In this document: positions 1-13,800 of the stretch, piece by piece
Numbering within the stretch: position 1 is the stretch's first letter
Layout: each line of letters begins with the position of its first letter
NCBI RefSeq assembly: GCF_963921235.1
Contig: NC_086097.1
Span: 95,482,001-95,546,000, forward strand
From: Mobula hypostoma
Taxonomy: Eukaryota
DNA: 64,000 bases
Direction: 5' to 3'
The notes under the pieces: model-generated
Seen by the model: only the letters and a program-made list of their open reading frames with translations
The model's database searches: none
Told to the model about the DNA's origin: nothing
Made by a program: the position numbers and the translations under genes

Positions 1-783
1 ACATACATCAAAGTTGCTGGTGAATGCAGCAGGCCAAGCAGCATCTGTAGGAAGAGGTGCAGTCGACATTTCAGGCCGAGACCCTTCGTCTGGACTAACT
101 GAAGGAAGAGTGAGTAAGGGATTTGAAAGTTGGAGGGGGAGGGGGAGATCCAAAATGATAGGAGAAGACAGGAGGGGGAGGGATAGAGCCAAGAGCTGGA
201 CAGGTGATAGGCAAAAGGGAATACGAGAGGATCATGGGACAGGAGGTCCGGGAAGAAAGACAAGGGGGGGTGACCTAGAGGATGGGCAAGGGGTATATTC
301 AGAGGGACAGAGGGAGAAAAAGGAGAGTGAGAGAAAGAATGTGTGCATAAAAATGAGTAACAGATGGGGTACGAGGGGGAGGTGGGGCCTTAGCGGAAGT
401 TAGAGAAGTCGATGTTCATGCCATCAGGTTGGAGGCTACCCAGATGGAATATAAGGTGTTGTTCCTCCAACCTGAGTGTGGCTTCATCTTTACAGTAGAG
501 GAGGCCGTGGATAGACATGTCAGAATGGGAATGGGATGTGGAATTAAAATGTGTGGCCACTGGGAGATCCTGCTTTCTTTGGCGGACAGAGCGTAGATGT
601 TCAGCAAAGCGGTCTCCCAGTCTGCGTCGGGTCTCGCCAATATATAAAAGGGGCAACGCAGACTGGGAGACCGCTTTGCTGAACATCTAGTCCTGACGAA
701 GGGTCTCGGCCTGAAACGTCGACTGCACCTCTTCCTACAGATGCTGCTTGGCCTGCTGCGTTCACCATCAACTTTGATGTATG
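1..783 (-). mobile_element. Penelope-like element 3' fragment (GIY-YIG end and 3' UTR) with inverted terminal copy
   Basis: Minus ORF LYIGETRRRLGDRFAEHLRSV...VATHFN...RLEEQHLIFHLGSLQPDGMN is a GIY-YIG endonuclease. 2-97 and 688-783 are 96-bp inverted repeats with 4 mismatches. Confidence 0.9.
688..725 (+). ncRNA. Minimal type I hammerhead ribozyme (PLE-associated)
   Basis: TAGTC-CTGACGA-AGGGTCTCGGCCT-GAAA-CG-TC-GACTG: intact CUGANGA/GAAA/UH core, stem I UAGUC/GACUG, stem III reduced to the ACGU palindrome. Confidence 0.75.
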
Positions 784-789
784 ATGTTA

Positions 790-1358
790 CATTGAAGTTG
801 TTTTAAGGCATTGGTGAGGCCTAAATTGGAGTATTGTTCACCTACCTACAGGAAAGATGTCAATTTTTTTTCACCTGCCTGCAGGATGTCAATAACATTG
901 AAAGAGGGCAGAGAAAATTTATAAGGATGTTGTCAAGACTTGAGGACCTCGGTTATAGGGAAAGGTTGAATAGGTTAGAACTTTATTCCCCAGAGAGAGG
1001 AGAGATTTGATAGAGGCATACAAAATTATGAGGGATATCGATACAGTAAATGCAAGCTGGATTTTTCCACCGAGTTGGTTGAGGCTAGAACTAAAGATCA
1101 TGGGTTAAGGGTGAAAGGTGAAATATTTAAGAGGAACATGAAGGGGAACATCTTCACTCAGAGTGTGGAATGAGTTGCCACTGGAAGTGGTGGATGTGGA
1201 TCAGATTCTGATTTCAACATTTCAACAAGGGAAATTTGATGGGAGGTGTAAGGAGGGCTACGGTTCAGGCGCAAATCAATGGGACACAGCATTTAATAGT
1301 TTAGCATGGACTAGATAGGCTGAAGGGCCTGTGTCTGTGCTGTGGTGTTCTATGACTC
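790..1358 (+). mobile_element. CR1 LINE 3' fragment, decayed
   Basis: Remnants of KALVRPxLEYC, RGDLIEAYKIMRG and the CR1 3' UTR (...GAAGGGCCTGTGTCTGTGCTGT...TTCTATGACTCTATG). Confidence 0.8.
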
Positions 1359-2063
1359 TATGGCATACAATAATAAACTAGGAATAACATAATAGGAAGA
1401 AGTTCTGCAGGTGCATGGAAAGGAGGCAAGTAAATGCTTCTACCTTTGAACTTTACACAAGTCCAAGATCCAACTTTCTCACCCTCATACAGAAATGATC
1501 TTTCTAAGGAGAGGTCATCCGGTGAGATAATTATTCCTGCTTCAGTATACAATACTAATTCTAAAATAGCCTGCTCCAGGGTTGGTTTGCAATGTTTTGC
1601 TGAAAAATACATCTTGAACAATGTTTATGAATTTGTCCCCAAAGGTATCATTGTCAAATCTGACTTGTCCAACCTAAATGATTACCGCATGAGCAATTTC
1701 AACCAGGTCTGTGGAGACCCCTCCTCAAATCTGCATAAATTCTTCTCCACCTTGATGATAGCACGTTAAACATGATCCTAACCAACAATTCCAAAAAAAG
1801 CTAACCTCATTGGCAATTGGTATTAAGCAAGGCTACATAATTTCATCAACAATGTTCTCAATGTTTCTCGCTGTGATGCTGCAGTTCATCTCCAACCAGC
1901 CTCCTAGAGAAGTTTACTTAAAGAACACATGAAAAACTGTGCAACCTATTTTACCTCCACTCCAGAACCCTCACCCTAACCTCCATAATCAAGCTTTGGT
2001 TTGTACATTACATATCTATTTGTGCATGTTCCAAAGCCAAGCTCCTGATCAGCATCAATTTAT

Positions 2064-2320
2064 AAACACGAGAAAGACTGGAGATGCTGAAAACCTTGAG
2101 CAACACACAAAATACTGGAGGAACTCAGCAGGTCAGGCAGCATTTATGGAAATGAATAGGTAGTCGACATTTCGGGCCAACCCACTATTTCAGGACAGAG
2201 AAAGAAGGGGGAAGATGACCATCTATTAATTTTCATAGATGCTGCCCAACCTGCTAAGTTCCTCCAGCATTTTATATGTGTTGCTCAACAATTCCCTTAT
2301 CTGCAGTATCTTTTGTACTT
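2064..2320. mobile_element. Short non-autonomous PLE derivative made of two inverted termini
   Basis: AAACACGAG...CTGGAGGAACTCAGCAGGTCAGGCAGCAT... followed by its reverse complement ...ATGCTGCCCAACCTGCTAAGTTCCTCCAGCATTTT...GTGTTGCTC. Confidence 0.7.
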
Positions 2321-2344
2321 CTACAGCAAACAGTCTAGGTCCTA

Positions 2345-5300
2345 TTAGACCATAAGATATAGGAGCAGAATTAGGCCATTTGGCCCATCGAGTCTGTTCA
2401 CCATTCAATCATGGCTGATTCTTTTTTCCCCCTCCCATTTCTCCGTCTTCTCTGTAACCTTTGATGCCTTGGCCAATCAAGATCTATCAAGCTTTGCCTT
2501 AAATACACCCAACAACCTGGCTTCCACAGCTGCCTGTGCTAACAAATTCCACAAGTTCACCACCTTCTAGCTGAAGAAATTTCTCCACATCTCTTTTTAA
2601 ATGGATGCCCCTCTGTCATAGACTCCCCCACCATGGGAAACATCCTTTCCACATCTATTCTGTCGAGGCCTTTCAACATTTGAAAAGTTTCAATGGGATA
2701 ACTCCTCACTCCTCTAAATTCCAGCAAGCGCAGACCCACAGCCATCATATATTCCTCATATGATAACTCTTTCATTTCCAGAATCATCCTTGGAAACTTC
2801 CTCTGAACCCTCTCCAATGCCAGCACATCTTTTTTTAGATAAGGAACACAAAACTGTTCACAATACCCTAGGTGAGGCCTCACCAGTGCGTATAAATCCT
2901 CATCATTACACCCCTGCTGTTATATTCTCGACTTCTTGAAATGAATGCTAACGTTCCATTTACCTTCCTCACCACTGACTCAACTGCAAGTTAGCCTTTA
3001 GGGTGTTCTGCACAAGGACTCCCAAGACCCTTTGCATCTTTGACTTTTGGATTTTCTTCCCCATTTAGAAAACAGTCCGCACATTTATTTTTTCTACCAA
3101 AGTGCACGACAAAGCATTTTTCAACATTGTATTTCATTTGTCACTTTCTTGCCCATTCTCCTAATCTATCTAGGTCCTTTTGTAGCCTTCCTCTTTCCTC
3201 AAGACTACCTGCCCGTCCACCAATCTTCATATCATCTGCAAACTTGGCAACAAAGCCATCTATTGCATCATCTAAATCATGAATATACAGCATAAAGTGA
3301 CCACAACACCGACCCCTGCAGAAAACCACGAGTCACTGGTAGCCAACCAGAAAAGGATCCTTTTATTCCCACTCGTTACCTGCTACCAACCAGCCAATGT
3401 TCTAACCATGCCAGTAACTTTCCTGTAATACCATGGGCTCTTAACTTGGTGAACAGCTTCACGTGTGGCACCTTGTCAAAGGCCTTCTTAAAGTCCAAAT
3501 ATACAACCCAACTGTATCCCCTTTATCTATTCTACTTGTAAACTCCTAAAGAATTCCAACAGGTTCATTAGGCAAGATTTTCCCTTAAGGAAACCATGCT
3601 GACTTTGTTCTATCTTGTCCTGTGTCACTAAATACTCCATAACCTCAAAATCCTTAACAATTGACTCCAACATCTTCCCAACCACTGAGGTCAGACTAAC
3701 TGGTCTATAATTTCCTTTCTGCTGCCTCTCTCCTTGCTTAATAAGTAGAGTGACATTTGCAATTTTCCAGTACTCCAGAACCATGCCAGAGTTCAACAAT
3801 TTTTGAAAGATCATTACTAATACCTCCACAATCTCTACTGCTATCTCTTTCAGAACCCTAGGATGCAATTCATTGGTCGAGGTGACTTATGAACCTTTAG
3901 GTCTTTCAGCATTTTGAACACCTTCTCCCTTGTAATAGTAAATTCACTCACTTCTCTTCCCTCACACCCTTCAACACCTGGCATCTAGTGTCTTCCACAG
4001 TGAAGTCTGATGCAAAAGTCATTTAGTTCATCTGTCATTTCCTTGGCTCCAGTTATTATTTCTCCAGCCTCATTTTCTAGCGCTTCTATACCACTCTCAT
4101 CTTTCTTTTAATTTTATATATACTTAAAAAAGCTTTTCCTATCCTCCTTGATATTGTTTCCTAGCTTGTTTTCATATTTCATCACTTCCCTCCTAATGAT
4201 TATTTCAGTTGCTTTCTGTAGATTTTTCAAAGCTTCCCAATCCTCTATCTTCCCACTAATTTTCGCTTCGTTGTATGCTCTCTCTTTTGCTTTGACTTCC
4301 CTCCAGCCATGGTTGTACTATTTTGCCATTGAATATTTCTTTGGTTTTGGAATACATCGATCCTGCACCTTCCTCATTTTTCCCAAAAACTCGCACCATT
4401 GCTGCTCTGCTGTCATTCCTGCCAGCATCTCCTTCCAATTTACTTTGGCCAACTCCTCTCTCATACCATTGTAATTTCCTTTACTCTAGTGAAATACGGC
4501 TATGTCAGACTTTACTTTCTCCCTATCAAATCTCAAGTTGAACTAGATCATATTGTGATCACTGTCTCCTAAGGGTTCATTTACCTTAAGCTCCCTAATC
4601 ATCTTCAATTCATTACATAGCACTCAATACAGTATAGATGATTCCCTAGTAGGCGCAATGACAAACTACTATAAAAAGCCATCTCACAAGCATTCAACAA
4701 ATTCACTCTCTTGAGATCCATTACCAACATGATTTTCCCAATCTACCTGCATGTTAAAATCTCCCATGACTATCATAACATTGTCCTTTTGACACACATT
4801 TTTTATTTCCCGTTGTAATCTGTTATCCATATCCTAACTACTGTTTGCAGGCCTGTATATAACTCCATCAGGGTCCTCTTACCCTTGCAGTTTCTTAACT
4901 CAACCCACAAGGATTCCACATCTTCTGATCCTATGTCACACCTTTCCAATGATTTGATGCAATTCTTTACCAGCAGAGCCACACCACCCCCTCTGCCTAC
5001 CTTCTAGTCCCTCCAATACAATGTGTAACCTTGGACATTCACCTCCCAACTACAATCATCCTTCAGCCACGATTCAGTGATGGCCACAACATTATACCCG
5101 ACAATCTATAAAAGTGCAACAAGATCATCCACCTTATTTCTTATATTCCATGCATTAAGACATAACACTCTGAGTACTGTGTTTGCTACTCTTTTGATTC
5201 TGCATCCCTAATGCACTGATACTCACCCTGCTGGCTACAATTTTGTCCTATCATCTACCCGCCCTTCTTGACAGCCTGACTGCATGCTTTTTTGCTTTTT

Positions 5301-5695
5301 TACCATCCATCCTATCCTGAGCCCCTTCACACTTCGGTTCCCATCCCCCTGCCAAATTAGCTTATACCCTCCCCAGCAGCTCCAACAAACCTGCCCGCGA
5401 GAATATTGATCCCTCTCAGATTCAGGTGCAACCTGCCACTTTTGTACAGGTCATACCTCCCCCAAAAGAGAGGCCAATGATCCAAAAACCTGAAACCCTA
5501 CCTCGTGCACCAGCTCCTCAGCCACATGTTTATCTGCCAAGTCACCTTGTTTCTACCCTCATTGGCATGTGGCACAGGCAGCAATCCAGAAATTACTACT
5601 CTGGAGGTCCTGCTTCTCAGCTTTCTGCCTAGCTGTCTAAAATTCTCTCTTCAGGACCTCTTTGCTTTTCCTTCCAATGCCATTGGTACTAATAT
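2345..5695 (-). mobile_element. CR1 LINE, long decayed copy (ORF1 esterase end, ORF2, 3' UTR)
   Basis: Minus ORF pieces: RPHLGYCEQF, KFADDMKIGG, HPRVLKE...NYRPVSLTSVVGKMLE...QHGFLKGKSCL, and HISTNGIGRKSKEVLKREF (ORF1 SGNH-like). Many frameshifts. Confidence 0.9.
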
Positions 5696-5716
5696 GACAT
5701 ATAACAACAAGACATA

Positions 5717-6173
5717 TTATTCTAGACCTAAAGCATGCATGTTGCAAATCACAAACTTTGAGAGACATCAAGTGGAATGCAGCATTTTTTTTTACTCTTT
5801 TGAACCATGTCATCTTGGTCATGGGATCCAAATATACCAATATATATCAAGACTATTAGTCCTACTGAGTCTAAGAAGGAACTACAGTTGACAAAAAGGT
5901 GAGGCAACAGAATAAAACTGAGACTACAATGGCAAAAAGATCATACCTATAATTCTTAAGTAACAACGAACCCAACACCATTTAGAAAACTTTTAGATTC
6001 TCCTTGTGAATGCTCCAAGATAGCTATTAATATGTTGGAAAATATCTGATGTATTCAGATCCCATGATCAAGATGATATGGTTCATTAGAGTTTAAAAAA
6101 ATAAATACTGCTTTCCACATGATGTCTCTCAAAGTTCGTGATATGCAACATGCATGCTATAGGTCTAGAACAA
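5717..6173. repeat. ~130-bp imperfect inverted repeat with ~195-bp spacer (possible MITE remnant)
   Basis: TCTAGACCTAAAGCATGCATGTTGCAAATCACAAACTTTGAGAGACATCAAGTGGAA... from 5721 matches the reverse complement of 6042-6173 (TCTAGACCTATAGCATGCATGTTGCATATCACGAACTTTGAGAGACATCATGTGGAA...). Confidence 0.85.
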
Positions 6174-7058
6174 TCATACAACTGTGTTCTGAAATGAAGG
6201 GAGAAATACTCAATGGTATTGAAATCAGGTCTGGACAAATGAATAAAACTTTTGTAATATTGATTCGTAAAGCAACTTGACATCCAATCTTGGAGGTCTT
6301 TTTTAACAGATCAAGAATCCTACATCATTTGGGTGAAAATCAAAAAGAAATGGCAGATACTGGAAATCTAAACCAAAAACAAAAAAATGTTGTGAATATT
6401 CAGAGAGTGAGGCCGCGTCTGTGTGAAGTGAAACAATTAATGGTTCAGGTCTTACAAAATGACTTTGATCTGAAACGCTGACTGTTTCCCTTCCTGCCCT
6501 GTGGTGTACTTTTAGCATTTTCTGTTTTTGTTTTTGATCCCACGTTGTTCCCCCACCAAGTCAGTCATAGTCATCACTGCTGACCAAACCTTATGAATTA
6601 TTTACTGTTGCTCAGAAAGCACCTTTCTGGAAGTTATTCACCTGGAGTCCATCTGGGCTTGCAAGATTTCCGGTTATCAGCCTATCTCCTAAAATCAAAA
6701 ACTAACCTCCCAGATACACATCTTAGCAATCTGAGTTAGAAAGCAGGAGAAGGAATTTTATTCTATTTCACTCCAGCCAGAAGCAAGGCTGCAGCTTTCC
6801 CAGTAGGTGATGTGTTCTGGAGCTTATGTGCATCACAGAACTCAAGGACACACTGATTGTTCTTGAGAATACAAAACCTGTAGTTGTAACAGCCAGGACG
6901 TGTACCAGAAGCACTGCGTTCGCAGAGCTCTCAGTATTGTCAATAATTCCTCCCATCCGTCCCACAGTCCGAAACACAAAATACTCTGCAGATGCTGGGG
7001 TCAAAGCAAGACTCACAACACGCTGGAGGAACTTGTTGCCTGACCTGCTGAGTTCCTC

Positions 7059-8500
7059 TTGTCAATCAAAGGTATGTTACACCATAGCCAGTCCTGGTCC
7101 AATCACATTGATGTCTTGACCAAGAAAGCTCACCAACACCTCTACTTCCTTAGGAGACTAAAGAAATACTGAATATCCCTATCAACCCTTACCAATTTTT
7201 ATTGATGAACCATAGGAAACATCTTAACTGGATGTATCACAACTTATTATGACAACTACTCTGCACACGAGCGCAAGAAACTGCAGAGTTATGGATACAG
7301 CTCAACACGTCACGGAAACTAGCTTCCCCTCCATGGACGCTGTCTATACTCCTTACTACCTCAGTAAATCAGCCAGCAAAATCAAAGGCCCCACCCTCCC
7401 TGAACATACTCTCTTCTTCCCTCATATCAGGCAGAAGATACAAAAGCTTGAAAGCAAGTACCATCAGGTTCAAGAGCAGCTTCTACCCTGCTGTTATATG
7501 ACTATTGAACCATTCTATAGTATGATAGGATGGGTTAATGACCTCACAATCTACCCTGTTACGATTTTGGAATTTATTATCTATATTGCACTTTCTCTGT
7601 AGTTGTTACAATTTATTCTACATTCTGATACCGTTTTATCTTGTATTACCTATATGCACTGAGGAACGAATTGATCTGCATGAACAGAATGCAAGGCAAG
7701 CTTTACACTGCAACACACACAAAATGCTAGAGGAATTCAGCAGGTTAGGGAGCATCTATAGAAATGAATAAGCAGTCAGTGTTTCAGGCTAAGATCCTCT
7801 TCTGGGATGAAAAGGAAGGGGGAACACCACAGAATAAAAAGTTGGGGGAGGAGGAGGAGGATAGCTGGAAGGTGACAGGTGAAGCCAGGTGGATTGGAAA
7901 GATAAAGGGCTGGAGAAGAAGGAATCTGATAGGAGATGAGTGGACCACAGGAGAAAAGGAAGGAGGAGGGGACCCAAGGGGAGGTGGTAGGCAGGTGAGA
8001 AGAGTTAAGAGTCCTGAGTGGGGAATATAATAAGATCCTCAGGGTGGAGGGGCAACACCTTATATTCCATCTGGGTAGCCTCCAACCAGGGTAGGAATAT
8101 TGATTTTTCCTTCCAGTAAAAAAAATTCCTCCCCTTCCCCTCTTTTTCTATTCCCTACTCTGCCTGACACCTCCCTTTGGGTCCCCTCCTCCTTCCCTTT
8201 CTCCTATACTCTCCTCTCCCATCAGATTCCTTCCTCTCCAGCCCTTTATCTTTCCTGCCCACCTGGTTTCACCTATCACCCTCAAGCTGTTCTCCTTTTC
8301 CTTCCCCCCCCCCCTTTTCATTCTGACATTTTTCCCTTATCTTTTCAGCCCTGAAAAGTCAACTTTCCACAGGTGCTGCTCAACCTATTGAGTTACTGCA
8401 TCATTTTGTCTGTGTTGCTCTGGATTCCCAGCATCTATAGACTTTCTCATGTTTAAGCTTTTCACTGCACCTCGGTATATGTGACAATAATAACAATCCA
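7059..8500 (+). mobile_element. Rex1/Babar-like LINE 3' fragment interrupted by a PLE derivative
   Basis: Same sequence family as the 3' part of 43058-44263 (KAxQxLYFLRRL, ESILTGCIT, KAASxIKxPTxP remnants). The tail resumes after 8469 (...ATGTGACAATAATAA). Confidence 0.65.
7713..8454. mobile_element. Two-ended inverted PLE derivative with 15-bp TSD
   Basis: Minus PLE terminus and 3' UTR, then plus 3' UTR and terminus ending CTCATGTTT. Flanked by AAGCTTTACACTGCA (7698-7712) and AAGCTTTTCACTGCA (8455-8469). Confidence 0.8.
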
Positions 8501-10580
8501 AAATCTAAGTCTAAAACCATCCTTAATTACCCTTGAAAAAGGAGTGGTGAGCTGCCTTCTTGAAACACTGCCAACCTTGAGGTGTAGGTTTAACATCAAT
8601 GCTGTAAGGGAAAGAATTCCACCATTTTGACCCAGTGCAATGAACAAATGGCAATATATTTCCAAGTCAGGGCGGTGGGTGGCTTGGACAGCAACTTGCA
8701 GATGGTGGAGTTGCCAGGCTTTTGCTGCCCTTGTCCTTCCTGCTGATAGAGGTCACAGGTTGGAGAGGTGAGTTCCAAGGAGTCTTGGTGAGTTGCGGCA
8801 AATGGTAGAAATGGACACTGATGTGTGCTGGTGGTGCAGAAAGTGAATGGTTGTGGATAGAGTGCCTGTCAACAAAGAGTTCTAGCAAAATATTCAGACC
8901 ATGTATGTGCATGGTCAAAAGATAGTGTCCAAAAATAAAATTGCAATTATTTGCAGTTTTGCTGTGGAAATTACCCAGCAAAAGTGCTCAACATATAAAT
9001 ATGCATAGATAAGGTTGTACACACAATCTTTTACCCAGTGAAAAAGAAGCAATAGGTTTAAGGTGAGCTGGAAAGGATTTAAAAGAGACACCTGGGGCAA
9101 CTTCTTCATGCAGAAGGTGTTGTATATGGAACAAGCTGCCAGAGAAAGTAATGAAGACAGGTACAACAACAACATTTAGAAAACATTTGGTCAGCTACAT
9201 GGATAAGAAAGATTTAGTGTCAAATGCAGGAAAAAGGGACAAGCTTAGATGGGCATCTTAGTCAGTTTTCCATATTGTATGACTCTATGAGCTTTGCAGA
9301 TTGTGGAAAGTTAAGTGGTGAGTTACACATGCTGGCTTCCGATCCCCTTACCTGCTTTGACAGCCTCATTGGTCAATGGTAACTGCTACAGTATTGATAG
9401 TGTCAAGTCAAGTTTACTATCACATGCAGAAGTACATTACTGGAAAAGTGCCAAGAAAAACTTACAGTACTTACAATAGCATCACAGGCACGCAGCATTA
9501 GAGAAGCAATATTCAAAAATTATACCAAACTTTGCCAAAAAGAACACAATTAGAAGAAAAATTAGAGGGAATTCAGTGATAATAATGTCATTGAATGCGA
9601 TAACTGGATTTTCTTCTTGTTGGATATTGCCGTTGCCTGGCACATGTGGCATGAATGATCCATGCCACCTTTCATTCCAAACCTGGATAGTGCCCTTGCT
9701 GTGTGTAGTTGTTTATGGACTGCTTCATTATCTGAGGAGTTGTGAATTCCTCTGACCTTGCACTCAAGAAAGGCACTGAAGAAGTAGCTGAAGATAATTA
9801 GGCCGAGAACACTACCATGAGGAACTCTTGTAGAGACGTTATGTAGCTGAGATGACACAGGTGGACTGGTGAGCATGTTTGCAGAGAAAATGGCAGAGAG
9901 ATAGGTTAGATAATCAGATTCTTTCCCCCAGGGAGGAAATGTCAAACATCATTTTCCCCTTTCATTTAAGGTGAAAGGGGAAGAGTTTAAAGGACATTTA
10001 GAAGGCAAGGTTTGTTTTACACAGACTGTAGGCATCCAGAGTATGCTACCGCAAGAGGTAGTGGAAGCAGATACAATCACAGTATTTAATGAGCACTTGC
10101 ACAGGCACAAGAAAAATCAGGAAGTGGCAAGATACAGACGACATGCAGGCAGGTGGGATTAGTTTCAATTGGCATTGTGGTCAGTACAGACATCGTGGGC
10201 CAAATGGCCTGTTCCTTTGCTATACTACTCTAAGTTTTAAGCCTACTACTATATTAATGATTTGCATTGATTAGTACAACCATGCAAAAATTTGTACTTT
10301 ATTTCAATGTTTTGCTTAAAACATCTGCAGTGAAAAAGTTGTTTACAACTTATTAAAAATTTCAACAGAGCATTGAAATGACATTGCCCTCTCCCTACAT
10401 GATCCTCCAGCTACACAGAGAATTCCTCAATCTTTCCACTATCGGAGTTTGATGTGCAATCAATATCATGTTCTATTCCATTTCATTCCCTTCCCCTGGC
10501 AACTGGCTTTCATCATTTCTGAAATGGTCCATGCTTCCTCCAGCCTGCACCTTATCAGCCTCTTCCATTCTAAGTTCAAA

Positions 10581-10885
10581 GTAAAATTTATTATCAGAGT
10601 ACATACATATCACCACATACAACCCTGGGATTCTTTCTCTGTGAGCACACTTAGCAAATCTATAGAACAGTAACTGTAAACAGGATCAATGAACAACAAG
10701 CTGTGCAAATGCAGATATAAATAATGAGCATGAAACAACAAGATAAAAGAGTCCTTAAGTGAGTGCAGTTCCCCTCTTGAACCTGGTGGTGCAAGTCCTG
10801 AGGCACCTGCACCTTCCACTAGATGGCAGCAGCGAGAAAAGAGCATGGCCTGGATGGTGAGGATCCTTAATAATGGATGCTGCTT
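10581..10885 (-). mobile_element. Rex1/Babar-like LINE 3' end
   Basis: Similar to 43058-43450 (GATGGCAGCAGCGAGAAAAGAGCATGGCCTGGATGGTGAGGATCCTTAATAATGGATGCTGC). Confidence 0.65.
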
Positions 10886-13800
10886 CTCACTCTGGTGGAT
10901 CTTTAATATTGCTAAAATGCTGTTCAGTTCCACTCACTATAACTATTACAGGACACTATAATAGCTTGGGTACTCAGACTCTGACATCTAAGAAAGTTAA
11001 TTTCACAGAATGAACTTTGCTATCCAGAATAAGTTGGGTTAGCATCTCAGCCATTCTGCCACTCACCTGCAGAATTTGTTAGCTCACACTAAAGGTGAAA
11101 CTGATACATTACAGTTATCAGTGTGTACCCATGAAGTTTCAGAAAAAGCCAAGCAAGACTTTGCCCTTGGAGGGAAAAAAACAGTCTGCCCTTATAAAAA
11201 GAAACTAAGGTGAATCCTAAAAAAAAGATAAACAGTTCCTCCTGAGGGGGCTACAATACCAAAGTGGGAAGGGACATAACCTAACAAGGCAGGATCAGTA
11301 AGGAAGGAATGGAAAAGGCTAACCCTAACAGATTGCTTCTCTTGACAAAATATTTGGAAGTAAGTTTCATATTACAATTGCACTGTTCTGTCAGAGAGAT
11401 GACACAAATAGTAATGCCAATCACTAGCAAATACTGATTAACATTATTTTCTGAGCAAGGGACTGCAAGGGCATCCATGTGATATGCATCACTACTGAAT
11501 GCTGACTACCATATCTACTCTATTACCTCCACCAACCCAGCCCCAAAATATCCGAATCTGCTGCAAGATGATCAGTATTAAAGCTTTCAAGGATATCTCC
11601 TCTGTCCATCATCAGTCTCCCACCTCACAGTTAGTTCATCAGGTAGCACCTCATCCTGTCACTCTCAGCCTTCAGGTATGCAGTACTGTATTTCCACAGC
11701 TTGTACGCTGCTCTGAAATCCGTATTAAGAAACTCTCAGCTTCTCTGACAAGAACCACCAGGGAAGGATAATGAAGAAACCGAGAAGCTAATTGAAAGTG
11801 TTCCCATTCTCAAATAATAAATCAATGATCATCTTCTATTGGGAGATTGAGAGCAGAAGATCAAGTTGGTCAAAAACAACATACACAATGAAGGGGACTG
11901 CAACACAGTTGATCTCCATATCAAATATCTAAACTGCATTTCCTAACCTGGTCAAACATTGCATCGAACATTCAACCGACTGACCAGCCTGTGAGCTAAC
12001 AACAAGATGGGCAATGGCCCGCAAGAGAGCAGAAAAAGCAGCAAGTAATCGACCCTTCCAAAGTCATAATTCATGCAACTGCAGGAATGAACTTGAAGAC
12101 AAGGGAATTTCTTAATGATGACTTTTGCCAAATTGCAAATACAATTACAAACAATAAGTAATATTTTGACAACTGACAGAAACTTAGTATTTATTGCCCT
12201 GAGAATCTTTCACTGTTGTTCCTCTCATTTCAGTATATTCAGCAAGACAAGGGTTAATTACTGCATAATGCACACAGTTCCTGTGTACTCATCAAGAGAA
12301 CAAGAAGATATTAGTGATAAACATTTGAAAATGTTTTTCTATGTTGGACAATAACTGAAAAATTTAAGCATCAATCACCTAAACCAGTGGAGAAAATCTA
12401 CAATTTTACAACTCCTTAAGAAAGAAACTGTCTTCCTTTTTTCTTTTGGATTAATAAACAGTTTTATGACCACTGATGCAGAAAAAGATCTAACAGAGTC
12501 CTGGTCTCAGTCCAATGGAAACTTTCATCAACATAAGCATGTATTTCATTAAGTCAAGTTCAACCCTTAAGCTGTTTATTAACTCACTATAAATCAGATA
12601 ACACAAGGAACTTTTATTGCCCTATAAAATGTTGACTAGAACCAAATGGACTTCAGAATGTCCTGCCATTCCATCTACAACGCAGTATAGTAATGTGGAA
12701 TCAAAGACAAAGACACATTGTGCAAGATTAATGATATTTGGGGCACTAACAGAACTAGGTTCAATAATCACCTTGGCTCAAACAGAGGTCACTTATCACT
12801 CAACATGTTGAATAACAAAGTCACAATATTCCCTTCTACACAAAGATCTTCCCTGACTTAAGTTTTCTGTAGAAAGTAATTATGGTCTTAAACTATGCAT
12901 TATTTCACCTTCTTTAATAAAATGTCTTAATTAAAAGATGAAATTACCATACATCTGCAAAAAGTGGAAATAAATGTAGTCAACAATTCTACACAGGACA
13001 ATCATGGCTCAACATCTTGCAGAATACAACGAAGATATAACTGGAATGACAGATGTAGGGAAATACAGTACGGATGAAAAGTACGGTGAAGGTACAACAT
13101 AGAAAATATTCAATATCTCAATCTGTTACAAGGTTAAGAATGCAAGAATAAACATTTGGAAAGTAGTGAGATAGCAGTTAAGGCCAATTCCTCTATGGTT
13201 TTAAGAAAATAGAAATATCCTGCAAGATTATGTTCTGTGACCACATCTGTTTATGTTGAAAATTCATGCTTTGGATTTTGAACTCAAAGTGGTGGTAGAA
13301 GTATTGATCAAAACTTAATTCTTTAAATGATCAAATGAAACACAAAGAAATGAGATGGAATAATGGATTAAATTGAAAATATGCAATGTAAAGTTGCTAA
13401 GTATGAAAGTCTATGTTGGTAAAACAAATAAAAAACAAGTAAAGTCTGAATGGATGGGAGCTTAGAGCTATGGAAGAACAGAAGCAATTGAAGGAACAGC
13501 TTCAGAGCACTAAAACGGTGCATCGGCCTAACAGTTATAAGAAAAATCTACGCAAATTCAACGTTATAACATACTCAGCACTTTGTTGGTACAGGACTAC
13601 AGATTATCTGGGCCAGGGGTTCCCAACCTGGGGTCAATGGACCCATTGTGTAATTGTATTGACCCATAGCATAAAAGAGATCATTCTAACCATTACCCCA
13701 ACACCCTTCAAATTCATTTCCTTTTAATGTCACATAGTGTTATAATAAATATTCCACTGAGCCCCATAAGTTTAAAGGGCGTCCAGGGTCTTGGTGAGTT

